A stretch of 28,359 nucleotides of DNA from a virus (Duplodnaviria; Caudoviricetes): IMG/VR virus record IMGVR_UViG_3300037515_000213, positions 1 to 28,359 of that record; one strand, given 5' to 3'. This document shows positions 6,948 through 15,617 of this stretch, piece after piece. The notes beneath the pieces were generated by a model that worked only from the letters and a program-made list of their open reading frames with translations, ran no database searches and was not told the DNA's origin. Position 1 is the stretch's first letter; every line of letters starts with the position of its first letter. The position numbers were made by a program, and so were the translations under genes.

Positions 6948-9254
6948 TTACGCCTGGGTGCCGTAGAGAACGCGGAAGGCGTTGTCGACGAGAACCTTGG
7001 AGTTGTTCCACCACACGGCAAGCAGACCGCGCTGGCCGGTGGGCCGCTGGTTGGCGCCGAGGATGTGCGGAACCAGTTCGACGTTCATGCCGATCCGGTC
7101 AACGATCAGGAGCTGACGGAAGTCCCCGTACAGCAGGAATCGCTGGGTGGCGGCGTGCGTGGCCAGCATCTCCGAAGCCTCCAGGGCCGGACGGCCGAGG
7201 AGCTGGTTGGGCTGCCCGTTCCCGATGCGCTCCCACAGGTCGTGACCGTCGGCCTGGGCGAACTGGCGGATCACGTTGTAGATCGTGTGGTTCGCCATGA
7301 AGTTGGAGTTGCTCCGGAATCGGGGCGGAAGGGACGCCTCCAGGTTGTACAGGTCGACCGGGTCGAAGTCGCCCGTGACGGCCACGTTCACGTTCGAACC
7401 GGCGCCCAGGGTGGCGATGATGCCGTTGGCGTTCGGGGCGATGCCGTCACCGTTGAAGAAGGAGCCAGCCTCCTCTTCGTCCTTCGCGTCGGCGAGGATC
7501 GAGGTGACCTCGGAACGCATCTGGCTCCAGTCCTGCTCGACTTCCATCGAGTAGGTCACGAAGCCAGTGACGCGCTCCGCCTTGACGGTGGGCTGCGCCA
7601 GGGTGATGTCGTTGTTGGCGACCTGGGACGCCTCGGCCGAACGTGACACCGTCACGCCCGCAGAGGTGATGCCCTGCCACTCCTTGCCCGTGATCTGGAC
7701 CTGACGCGCCACAGAGCGCAGCGGGTTGATCCGGCCATCGTTGGTCAGGATGACCGTCGGGTCGAGCTGGAACGGAACGGCGTAACCACCAGTGCCACCG
7801 GCACCGGAAGCGAGGGCGGCACGCTCTTCGTTCGAGAGGCCGTTCTCGGTCAGGTTGGCCGCGACCTTGCCGAACGCGCGCTCGTACACGGGGGAGCCGG
7901 TCGCAAGCATGCGACGGGCCAGGGCGCCGTCCTTGCCGTCGACGTTGTCCAGCAGGTAGGCGGCACGCTCCTGGGCGGCGGCCTTGTCGGCGACGCCCGG
8001 GAAGCGGGACATCTCGACAGCACGCATGGCGCTGTCGCGCATCAGGGCGCCCATCTCCTCGGGAGAGCGGGCCTGCTGACGCAGCGCGGTCATGTTGTAG
8101 ATGCTGGCCTCGTCCCGCCCGGGGCGGAAGGAGGGGGTGCTGAAGGAGCGGGAGGCGCGGGCGGCCGGGGTGCCGGTCGACGGGGTGTCGCCGCCGTCCA
8201 CGGATTCTTCAGAGTCGGACAGCATGCGAAGCTGCTCGGCGCGAGCCTCGGCGGCGTTGATGGCGCGGCCGTGGTTGTCGAACTCCTTGTTGAGGTCGTC
8301 CCACTCCTGCCGGATGTCGCCGGGAAGCTCGGCGCCAGAGTACTCGCGGTCGATACCGGCGAGACGCGTACGGATCTCGTCCCGGCGAACTCGCCGCTCT
8401 TCGGTGGTCATGACGTCCATGGGGACACTTGCCTTTCGTGTGCTGGGAGTTGAAGGCTTAGGGGCCTTCTGTACAGGTTCTTCAACGTGTCCCTCGGGGC
8501 TGCCCACCCGGGCGTCGCCTTCGGGTTCCACCCGTGCTTCGTCGGTCTCCACTGCCGGGACCACCGACTCGTCGGGAAGCTCTTCGGTGCGCTCTACGGA
8601 ACTCGTCCGCACGCACTCTTCGACAAACGCCTTCCGGTCCTCTTCGGTCATTGCGGATGAGCGGACGTCGACGCTTGTGCTGTCGTAAGCGGGCGAGGAC
8701 ACGGGTCCGGCCTCAAAGAGCCTGACCTCTTGGATGGTCCTCTGTAGCGGCCCACGCTCTCCGGCGTCGTAAAGGAGGTTGTACAACTCCTCGTCACGCA
8801 CGACGACGCCTGCGTTATCCGTCCACTGGTCACGGGTCACTGAGAACTTAAATGACATGCCCCGGACAGCTTGCGCCTGAATGGCCTGACGCACCGGTTC
8901 GACGACGCCGTTGTCAAACAGGCGCCCTTCGACCTTGAGTCCACGCTCATCCTCAACGAGGGAGCTGTAGACGCCGATTGGTACGGAGCCGACGCGTGTA
9001 TCCCTCCCGTGATCCCACTGCATCACGGGGGTTCGCTCTCGGAGGGTCTTTCGGAACGCCCCGGGGGCTACGGTCTCCTCGAAGCGCCCCTCAAATGAGT
9101 TGATGGTCGTTGCGGTGTTGAAAACCGCAGCGTAGCCACTGAGGGATCGACCGTCACCATGAGGCTTGCCGTCGTCGCTACGCTCACTCTCGCTTGCATC
9201 TGGGGGCGCGAAAATGAAATCAGCGTCCCGCTCGCAAAGATGCTTCTGCATCAA
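6948..9254 (-). CDS. Fused HK97-family prohead protease and major capsid protein
   Basis: N-terminal [32 protein letters not shown] (HK97 protease); coiled-coil delta-like region; GGYAVP, LLYGDF and QRG capsid motifs. Confidence 0.93.
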   Translation of the reverse strand: MMQKHLCERDADFIFAPPDASESERSDDGKPHGDGRSLSGYAAVFNTATTINSFEGRFEETVAPGAFRKTLRERTPVMQWDHGRDTRVGSVPIGVYSSLVEDERGLKVEGRLFDNGVVEPVRQAIQAQAVRGMSFKFSVTRDQWTDNAGVVVRDEELYNLLYDAGERGPLQRTIQEVRLFEAGPVSSPAYDSTSVDVRSSAMTEEDRKAFVEECVRTSSVERTEELPDESVVPAVETDEARVEPEGDARVGSPEGHVEEPVQKAPKPSTPSTRKASVPMDVMTTEERRVRRDEIRTRLAGIDREYSGAELPGDIRQEWDDLNKEFDNHGRAINAAEARAEQLRMLSDSEESVDGGDTPSTGTPAARASRSFSTPSFRPGRDEASIYNMTALRQQARSPEEMGALMRDSAMRAVEMSRFPGVADKAAAQERAAYLLDNVDGKDGALARRMLATGSPVYERAFGKVAANLTENGLSNEERAALASGAGGTGGYAVPFQLDPTVILTNDGRINPLRSVARQVQITGKEWQGITSAGVTVSRSAEASQVANNDITLAQPTVKAERVTGFVTYSMEVEQDWSQMRSEVTSILADAKDEEEAGSFFNGDGIAPNANGIIATLGAGSNVNVAVTGDFDPVDLYNLEASLPPRFRSNSNFMANHTIYNVIRQFAQADGHDLWERIGNGQPNQLLGRPALEASEMLATHAATQRFLLYGDFRQLLIVDRIGMNVELVPHILGANQRPTGQRGLLAVWWNNSKVLVDNAFRVLYGTQA

Positions 9255-9943
9255 GATACCTTCCTCTCTACGTCGGGACTCAGGGCCAGTTGCCGAAGCA
9301 GTTCGGGATACGTCTCAAGCACCCATTCCGCCAAGTCCACTGCCCGCTGTCCGGCCGGTTGCGCGACAACCCAAAGCTCAAGATTTTCCGGCCGGTTGTC
9401 GTGCCGAATTCCATTCTTGTGGTGAACGTTCTCCCAGGGGTGCAGCGGGCGGCCTAGCTGCTCAGCCATGACCTCTCGGTGCTGAATTAGGTTCTGGCCG
9501 TTCATCCTGGCTATTACGTATCCACTCGGCCCCACGTACCATTCGCCGGGGCGGTACCTGGAGCCGACTTCTCCGGGATCCCCTGTGGCCCAGACTCGCG
9601 AATAGTGCATCTTGCACCAACCGAGCCCCTTGACCGGCCTGTCGCATCCGTCGGGATGCTTGCAGGTGAGCCCCTTGGCGGCGTGTGCAAGTAGCCTGTG
9701 AACGGGTCCGGGATCGCCGTGCTCATACACGCGCTTCGAGTGCATGCTGCACCACCCGGAGGTGTGGATCGGCCTATCGCACCCGTCAGGGTGTTTGCAT
9801 GTACCGGCCCTTGACGTCCTGAGAGATCCGACAGGCCCCGGGGATCCGCTCTCCCGGATGCGCCTGACATGCAAGGCGCACCAGCCGCGAGCCTTTACTG
9901 GTCGCTGACAACCGTCGACATGCTGACAGCTAGTCACTGTCAT
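9251..9943 (-). CDS. HNH endonuclease with three N-terminal C3H-type repeats
   Basis: Start at ATG 9943 (MTVTSCQH); three CxHxDGCxRPxxxxGWCxxH repeats; QHREVM...[24 protein letters not shown] core. Confidence 0.87.
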   Translation of the reverse strand: MTVTSCQHVDGCQRPVKARGWCALHVRRIRESGSPGPVGSLRTSRAGTCKHPDGCDRPIHTSGWCSMHSKRVYEHGDPGPVHRLLAHAAKGLTCKHPDGCDRPVKGLGWCKMHYSRVWATGDPGEVGSRYRPGEWYVGPSGYVIARMNGQNLIQHREVMAEQLGRPLHPWENVHHKNGIRHDNRPENLELWVVAQPAGQRAVDLAEWVLETYPELLRQLALSPDVERKVS

Positions 9944-11456
9944 CGCGGGCTGCCCCCTTCGGCTGGGGCGCAGGCTTGGCGCCCGGCCTCGGTACGCCGG
10001 TAGCCGGACGCCCTGCGGCGCCAGGTCCGGTGGCAGGCTTCGGCGCCGGAGTACCGGCGGCCGGGGTCTTGACGGCCTTGCCGTTCTGGTCGACAACCTT
10101 GACTGGCGGACCGTCAGGCATGGGTGGTTGCAGTTGAACGCTGAACAAACCAGTATGGCGGAGGAGACGCCAGTCGCCACCCTCTGCAACCGCGTCGCGC
10201 GCGGACTCCCACGTGAAGCCCTGCATGACCAGGCCCTGGATAATGTCTGCCTCTTGCGCGAGCACCTTCGCCTTCTCTGCAATGTCCTCGCGAAGGAAGG
10301 GGATGTCCCGGTCGTCGTAGCCGAGGCGAGCCCCGTCGGGGACCTTGACCAGCGACTCGTAAGCCCCACAGATGCCCTGCCAGAGCGGTCGCATCTCGCC
10401 GTCGGCCCAGGCGTCCTTGGCGGCGCGGAAGTTGCCAGCGTTCAGGCTAGACCCCTGCATACCCTCGGACAGGCCGACGATGACGGGGTGAACGCGGGCC
10501 GCCGCAGCGATACGCGTTTCGCCTGCGCCCTGTGTCGCCTTGAAGTCGAGCTGACGAAGGTCGTACATCAAAGGCGTGATGTCCGCGCCGCCGCCAATGT
10601 ACAGCGGCTTGTATGCGTTGTCCGCGCCCTGGTGAGTCTCTTTCATAAGGGACTTGAACTCTTTGAACTGCTCTGTAGTTACAGTCTCCTTGAAGGAAAC
10701 CGCAAAACTAGGGGTGGCCCCGTGCTCAAAGAACTTACCCTTATGCTTAGTTGCGGCCTTATCCGACATGATCTCGCGGACCACGGGAGTTAGCCAGGAC
10801 ATCCCTCGGTACTGGTATTCGGGGTCGGGTGTCGGCGCCCAGTGTGCGAAGCGTTCGTCACCGGCGACATAGAATTCCCACTTCGACCTGTCATCAGTCC
10901 CGCCTGGCCGGTAGATCCATCCGGCCACGTCGGACTGGACGGACTCGGTCGGCGGGGCCGTCAGAATGGTTCGCACCCAGTCGGGTCGGAGGATTCGGAT
11001 GCGGGAGATCGGTACGGCTCCACGCTTCTTCGTCTCTCGGACCGCATAGTGGTTGCCGCCCAGGTCGGCATGTTCGAGGGCCTTGTTGAGAAGGTGGATC
11101 GTGCTGCCGCCATTGGGCCACGGCTTCTCCAGTATCGCCAGCTCTCGCGTGCCGAACAGGTCACCCGGTCGCCCGTCACGCATCTTCTGCCACTGAAAGC
11201 GAATCTGCGAGAAAAGCCTCATGCGGGCGACGATGCAGGCGTATACGATACCGTCCGCTTTGAACGCCTGCTGTACGTAGCCCTCGAAGTCTTCTTCGAT
11301 CGCTTCATAGTTGGAGCCTGCGCTGTAGCCGCCGTCGCCGCCGACCGGGTAGCCCATCCCCTTATAGGCGTTTACTTGGTTATACAGGTCATTAAGGGTG
11401 AGTCGCCCTTCGGGTTCGCCGCTGCCTCCGAAGAGGGAGGACCAGATCTTAGCCAC
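9930..11456 (-). CDS. Portal protein (HK97-like)
   Basis: GTG 11456 with AGGAGG RBS; [35 protein letters not shown] motifs; Pro/Ala-rich C-terminal tail. Confidence 0.92.
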   Translation of the reverse strand: MAKIWSSLFGGSGEPEGRLTLNDLYNQVNAYKGMGYPVGGDGGYSAGSNYEAIEEDFEGYVQQAFKADGIVYACIVARMRLFSQIRFQWQKMRDGRPGDLFGTRELAILEKPWPNGGSTIHLLNKALEHADLGGNHYAVRETKKRGAVPISRIRILRPDWVRTILTAPPTESVQSDVAGWIYRPGGTDDRSKWEFYVAGDERFAHWAPTPDPEYQYRGMSWLTPVVREIMSDKAATKHKGKFFEHGATPSFAVSFKETVTTEQFKEFKSLMKETHQGADNAYKPLYIGGGADITPLMYDLRQLDFKATQGAGETRIAAAARVHPVIVGLSEGMQGSSLNAGNFRAAKDAWADGEMRPLWQGICGAYESLVKVPDGARLGYDDRDIPFLREDIAEKAKVLAQEADIIQGLVMQGFTWESARDAVAEGGDWRLLRHTGLFSVQLQPPMPDGPPVKVVDQNGKAVKTPAAGTPAPKPATGPGAAGRPATGVPRPGAKPAPQPKGAARDDSD

Positions 11457-11625
11457 TGCCACCCTCCTTCTTCTTGGCCTTCTTGGTGTCATCGGCAAGT
11501 AGCGTCACCAACGCGATACCGCCCCCGCCGCCAACAAGGCCCCAAGCCCCGTAGAGCCAGACGAAGCCAGCGGTCACGAACAGGATCGCCACGAACAGGG
11601 CGCACAGTGCCTCGCGAGTCGTCAT
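11449..11625 (-). CDS. Small membrane protein between terminase and portal
   Basis: 58 aa MTTREALCALFVAILFVTAGFVWLYGAWGLVGGGGGIALVTLLADD...; two hydrophobic segments and a basic tail. Confidence 0.7.
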   Translation of the reverse strand: MTTREALCALFVAILFVTAGFVWLYGAWGLVGGGGGIALVTLLADDTKKAKKKEGGSG

Positions 11626-11632
11626 GTGTCCC

Positions 11633-13216
11633 CTAGTCTTCGTCGTAGAACGCCCACGGCGTAGCGGCCTTCGGCTTGTCGAAGAGCACCTTGCGGTACC
11701 CCCAGGCGGCCAGAGTTGCCGCCACCAGTGGCGATATGTCGGTGGCCGAGTTCCGCTTGTCCCACGCCCAGCGTTCGGCGAGGTTGCGCTTGTCGGCGCC
11801 CGCAACGGCGGTAGCCAGGTCGAGCTGGCCGATGTGAACGATGTCTGCCTCTTCGCCCTTGCGTGGCTGGATGCCGGAGTAGAACTCGCCGCAAGCCTGG
11901 CCGTATTCGGACGTCGTCGGCGAAATGACGGTGACGCCCATGAACTCCAGCTCCTGGATGAAGGAGCCAGCCCGGTTGACCTTGTCGATGATCACGGCGT
12001 CCGGCTTGGCGCGATCCCAGATCTCCTTGACCCGGCGAACCACCCAGTCGACGCCCGGCCGGTGATCTGTCGAGATCTCGTTGGAGGTGATCTCGACATG
12101 CCGGAAGACGCCGTTGGTGCCGCAGACCGCGATCGAGGAGAACTCGCCGTTGGGGCTGGTGTCGACAGCCAGCACCTTGATGCTGGAGTCGCCGATCTCT
12201 GACGTCTCGTCGATACGGGACAGCCAGGACTCTTCGGAGATGACCCCCCACTGGTCACCTTCGACCGGCCAGTCTCCGATGCCGAGCCGCTCCTGCTTGA
12301 ACGTCTGCTCGTCCATGGAGCGTTGCTCCATCTCGACATGGTCGACGGTGATACGGATGCCCAGGCCGGGGTTGGCTTTGGCGTACGAGCCGATGTCGGC
12401 GACTTTGTCGTGCTCTTGGCAGTTGGGGAGGCACAGGTCGGTGCAGCCGTCGATCGACCACTCGGCATAAAACATCGCGGGGTCGGGGACCCTTGTCCAT
12501 TCACCGGTGTCGGGGTTCTGTACCTTGAAGCCCTTGATGGCCCTGTTGCGTACGCGCCCGAACTGGATCGAGTCTTTGTCACCGGCCGAACCGGTGTAGA
12601 AGATCTGGGGGTTGGGGCGGGCCGACAGGGACGGCATCAGGGCGCCAATCTGGGCGGGCCCGAGGTACATAGCCTCGTCCATAGCGATGAAGTCGGGGCT
12701 CCAGCCTCGGCCTCCACCCTTGGTTCGGGTACGGAAGCGGAGACGCTGCCCGGACTTGAGGGTGACACCCTCGTCGCCGTGCGAGTTGGAAACTTTGGCG
12801 ATTTCGCGGTCGAAGTCGGGCACACCTTCCAGCAGTTCGAGGATCCGGAGGAAGTGCTCCTTCGAGGTGTCGAACTGGTGGGCGGAGTGGACGATGGTGC
12901 GTTCACCAAGGAGGAAGAGTCCGGCGAGTTCCCTTGCCTCTAGGATCGACCCCTTGCCGTTCTGGCGGGAAACCATCAGCCCGACCTCTTTGGCCGCCCA
13001 CATACGCTGCCACTCACCGGTGACCTTGTTGAAGAACGTCTCTTCCTTTACCGCGCAAGCCTGCTCGATGAACCATGCCTGCCAGGGGTCGAGGACCAGG
13101 CCAGCCAGGGCGGCCAACTCGGTGACCTCACGCCCCAGTGACCCCACGCTTGGCGGGAGGTGCTGGATTCTTGGCGTCTGGTGTCCGAGCAGAACTGAGG
13201 AGTCGGAGGTTGTCAA
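11633..13216 (-). CDS. terL: Terminase large subunit
   Basis: LDPWQ Q-motif, Walker A SRQNGKG, Walker B IAMDEA, TGSAG motif III, ANPGLG, nuclease VLAVD and DISPL. Confidence 0.95.
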   Translation of the reverse strand: MTTSDSSVLLGHQTPRIQHLPPSVGSLGREVTELAALAGLVLDPWQAWFIEQACAVKEETFFNKVTGEWQRMWAAKEVGLMVSRQNGKGSILEARELAGLFLLGERTIVHSAHQFDTSKEHFLRILELLEGVPDFDREIAKVSNSHGDEGVTLKSGQRLRFRTRTKGGGRGWSPDFIAMDEAMYLGPAQIGALMPSLSARPNPQIFYTGSAGDKDSIQFGRVRNRAIKGFKVQNPDTGEWTRVPDPAMFYAEWSIDGCTDLCLPNCQEHDKVADIGSYAKANPGLGIRITVDHVEMEQRSMDEQTFKQERLGIGDWPVEGDQWGVISEESWLSRIDETSEIGDSSIKVLAVDTSPNGEFSSIAVCGTNGVFRHVEITSNEISTDHRPGVDWVVRRVKEIWDRAKPDAVIIDKVNRAGSFIQELEFMGVTVISPTTSEYGQACGEFYSGIQPRKGEEADIVHIGQLDLATAVAGADKRNLAERWAWDKRNSATDISPLVAATLAAWGYRKVLFDKPKAATPWAFYDED

Positions 13217-13445
13217 GAGCGCTCACCGTCCCGTCCTCGCGCGGAAGTTCGTCGACCTCTTTGAGGATCGCCGAAAGGCGAAGCACAAGGGCCGCCGTAT
13301 CTCCAGTTCTTAGCTGCGACATGCGACATGTGTTGCACCTGTTGCCCTCAAGTTCGTGGGCGAGGTAGTCGCGTATGGCTTCAAGCTGGGTACGGCGGTC
13401 CCCTTTTACGGCCTCCGCCAGATTCACATCTTCGAACTTGCCCAT
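13128..13445 (-). CDS. Terminase small subunit (probable)
   Basis: 105 aa, GDRRTQLEAIRDYLA...AALVLRL helical pattern; directly upstream of and overlapping terL; GAGGTGA RBS. Confidence 0.7.
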   Translation of the reverse strand: MGKFEDVNLAEAVKGDRRTQLEAIRDYLAHELEGNRCNTCRMSQLRTGDTAALVLRLSAILKEVDELPREDGTVSALDNLRLLSSARTPDAKNPAPPAKRGVTGA

Positions 13446-13469
13446 ACATCACCTCGCGGGTCGCAGTGA

Positions 13470-14291
13470 TTAACGGAGCGGAGCCGGGAATGCCGTCGGG
13501 TCGCCCTTGTCGTGCTTGTGGATGATGTAGATGACCGTTGCGAGCTGAGCAGCTGTACCGACATCGGCGATGTCGACGCTCAGCCAGTTGTCGGCGGCAG
13601 GCATCTGATCCGCGCGGACGTTGAAAACGACAAGCTGCTGCTGTTCAGCCGAAGTGCCAGCACCACCTGGATCCGCTACGGTCGCCGCAGCGGACTGGCT
13701 CACCTTCGTCCAGACCTCGTCGCCATCGAGAGTCGCCTCGGACTTGACGAAGTACTCGGTGATGACGGCCAGGCTTGTTGAGGAGCCGCCGGTTGAGAGG
13801 GTGTGAGACTTCAGCGTCATGGCCGGATCCGATCCGCCCTGCACTGTGGTGTTTATCGTGATCGTGCCACCGGTGAGCCCTGTCGGGGTCGCGGTGATCT
13901 CGCTGACGTCGGTGTTCGCGTACTGCCCGCTGAACGTAAGCGTCATAGATGCGGGGAACGGGCCGCCGGTGACGGTGATCTCCCCGGGCTCCACGTTCGA
14001 CAGCGCCTCAAGTGCGGACTGCACGGTTGCGGCGTTCGCGTTGAAGTTGATGCTACCCGTGGTCTGTCCGGCGAACGTGATAGTGACAGTGCCCGCTGAA
14101 GCGGCACCAAGGTCGATGGTCTGCTGCTCGTTTGCGGCGGCAGTCCCAGCACCCTTGAGTAGAACCACGTCCACGCTCTTGACGTTGACCATACTAATAC
14201 GCTTACCGGTCGCTCCGGCGGTAGCCAGATTGACCGGCGCCGCGCCGATGGAGATATCGTAGTCCGGGCCAAGTCCGTTATTGGAGGCCAT
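13470..14291 (-). CDS. Capsid-decoration-like protein with a ~100-aa inserted Ig-like domain
   Basis: Colinear paralog of 14311-14820 plus insert NEQQTIDLGAASAGTVTITFAGQTTGSINFNANAATVQSALEAL...TTVQGG. Confidence 0.6.
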   Translation of the reverse strand: MASNNGLGPDYDISIGAAPVNLATAGATGKRISMVNVKSVDVVLLKGAGTAAANEQQTIDLGAASAGTVTITFAGQTTGSINFNANAATVQSALEALSNVEPGEITVTGGPFPASMTLTFSGQYANTDVSEITATPTGLTGGTITINTTVQGGSDPAMTLKSHTLSTGGSSTSLAVITEYFVKSEATLDGDEVWTKVSQSAAATVADPGGAGTSAEQQQLVVFNVRADQMPAADNWLSVDIADVGTAAQLATVIYIIHKHDKGDPTAFPAPLR

Positions 14292-14372
14292 GGTTCATCA
14301 CCCTTCAGTTCTAGCGCAGCGGAGCCGGGAATGTCGTCGGGTCGCCCTTGTCGTGCTTGTGGATGATGTAGA
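13477..14372. repeat. 55-bp direct repeat (13477-13531 and 14318-14372), one mismatch
   Basis: agcggagccgggaatg(c/t)cgtcgggtcgcccttgtcgtgcttgtggatgatgtaga at the 3' ends of both paralogs. Confidence 0.9.
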
Positions 14373-14820
14373 GGATCGCACCGAGCTGGGCGTTGTTGCC
14401 GACGTCGGCGATGTTGACGCTGAGCCAGTTGTCAGCCTGCGGCATCTGGTCAGCGCGGACGTTGAAGACTACAAGCTGCTCCGTCTCGGCGGAGGTGCCG
14501 TCGCCTATGACGGTGGCGAGAGCGGGGTCCTGGGTGACCTTCGTCCAGACTTCGTCGCCGTCGAGGGTGGTCTCCTGCTTCTTGTAGTACTCGGAGATGA
14601 CGGCCAGGTTGGTGGAGGCGCCGCCGGTGGAGAGAGTGTGGCTCTGAAGGGTGATCGTCGGGTCGTCGGCGGCAGTGCCAGCGCCCTTGACGAACACCAC
14701 GTCGACGCTCTTGACGTTGGCCATGTTGATGCGCCCGCCGGTGCGAGCCGTGCCGATGTCGAGGGGCGAGACGCCCACAGAGATGTCGTAGTCCGGGCCG
14801 AGGCCGTAGTTAGAAGCCAT
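14311..14820 (-). CDS. Capsid-decoration-like protein (169 aa)
   Basis: ATG 14820 with AAAGGA RBS; beta-rich; GAGTAADDP and LDGDEVWTKV motifs resemble proteins I recall following capsid genes. Confidence 0.6.
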   Translation of the reverse strand: MASNYGLGPDYDISVGVSPLDIGTARTGGRINMANVKSVDVVFVKGAGTAADDPTITLQSHTLSTGGASTNLAVISEYYKKQETTLDGDEVWTKVTQDPALATVIGDGTSAETEQLVVFNVRADQMPQADNWLSVNIADVGNNAQLGAILYIIHKHDKGDPTTFPAPLR

Positions 14821-14833
14821 GGTGCAGTTCCTT

Positions 14834-15247
14834 TCAGGATTTCTTGGATGCGTACAGCTTGCGATTGGCTGCACAGTGACAGGCTCTACAGGAGCGTGAA
14901 ACCCTGCCTGCACGAAACTGTCGTCGCGTGTTTTCTTCGGTGTACTCGTGATCTTTAGGGCAGTGGGTGCGAAGGGCTTGCTGCGCAGCTAGACCCACGC
15001 CACGAAGCACGTTCTCTCGGCGCGTTACCGGTTCCAGGTGCCCTGGATTGACGCAGGATCGATTTCGGCACAGGTGATCCAGATCCAGCCCGTCAGGAAT
15101 TGGGCCCTTCAGGAGTTCATAAGCGACCCTGTGGGCCTTCTTGACCTTGCCGTTCAGCTTGAACTGACCATAGCCGTCTCTGTTCCGGCTAGCCGTCCAG
15201 GTCCAGCAGAACCCGTCATCGCGCACCTTGTCCCAAAATCTCTGCAA
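14834..15247 (-). CDS. HNH endonuclease
   Basis: RFWDKV, CWTWTA, GYGQF, AHRVAY, LDHLCRNRSCVNPGHLEPVT, C-terminal THCPKDHEY...CRAC. Confidence 0.9.
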   Translation of the reverse strand: MQRFWDKVRDDGFCWTWTASRNRDGYGQFKLNGKVKKAHRVAYELLKGPIPDGLDLDHLCRNRSCVNPGHLEPVTRRENVLRGVGLAAQQALRTHCPKDHEYTEENTRRQFRAGRVSRSCRACHCAANRKLYASKKS

Positions 15248-15258
15248 GTCGCCCCACC

Positions 15259-15528
15259 CTATCGGTCGGTTACTCGGATGCCGATTGTGCGTTCATCGGT
15301 GCGGCCCTGGTTTGTCGTTACCCGACAAGCGACCTCGTAGGTCACTCCAGAAGTTCCGCCCGAAATCCACACTGTCACCGAGTTGGTGGTGTTGGACTGA
15401 CTGTCCTTCGTAAGCCCCGACTGGACGGTGACTGTCGCCGTCGAGATCTCCTCGGCGGGCGACAGCCAGCTACTCCAGTCGAATCCCCAGTCGAGAGTCG
15501 CGTTCGGGTCCTTCTCCCAAGTCCTCAT
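15259..15528 (-). CDS. Small fibre-adaptor-like protein, copy B
   Basis: 89 aa KDPxAxLDW..DW..WL...VWISGGT...GRTDERTI; paralog of 27559-27834; GGAGG RBS. Confidence 0.7.
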   Translation of the reverse strand: MRTWEKDPNATLDWGFDWSSWLSPAEEISTATVTVQSGLTKDSQSNTTNSVTVWISGGTSGVTYEVACRVTTNQGRTDERTIGIRVTDR

Positions 15529-15617
15529 GGCAGGTAGACCTCCAATTCGCGACCCTCGTCCGGTATGGGGAGTTTCCGTTTTTCCATGTAGATCACCAGA
15601 GTTCGCTCTTCGCTCAT
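15525..15617 (-). CDS. 30-aa ORF; probable frameshifted C-terminus of the 785-aa protein
   Basis: MSEERTLVIYMEKRKLPIPDEGRELEVYLP; ATGA overlaps at both ends; continues the 9-aa periodicity of the upstream ORF. Confidence 0.6.
   Translation of the reverse strand: MSEERTLVIYMEKRKLPIPDEGRELEVYLP

Noticed and set aside
9251-9943. Endonuclease genes as intron-encoded
   Set aside because: Flanking genes appear complete and there is no non-coding space for a group I intron core.
9944-10369. N-terminal extension of the 372-aa HNH ORF
   Set aside because: Lies within the portal gene in another frame; the domain content begins at ATG 9943.
11449-11625. Membrane protein as a holin
   Set aside because: No endolysin nearby; small membrane genes between terminase and portal are common and of unknown function.
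13477-14372. Near-identical repeat at gene 3' ends as a DGR template/variable pair
   Set aside because: No reverse transcriptase in the window, both copies are coding, and a single mismatch in 55 bp fits paralogy.
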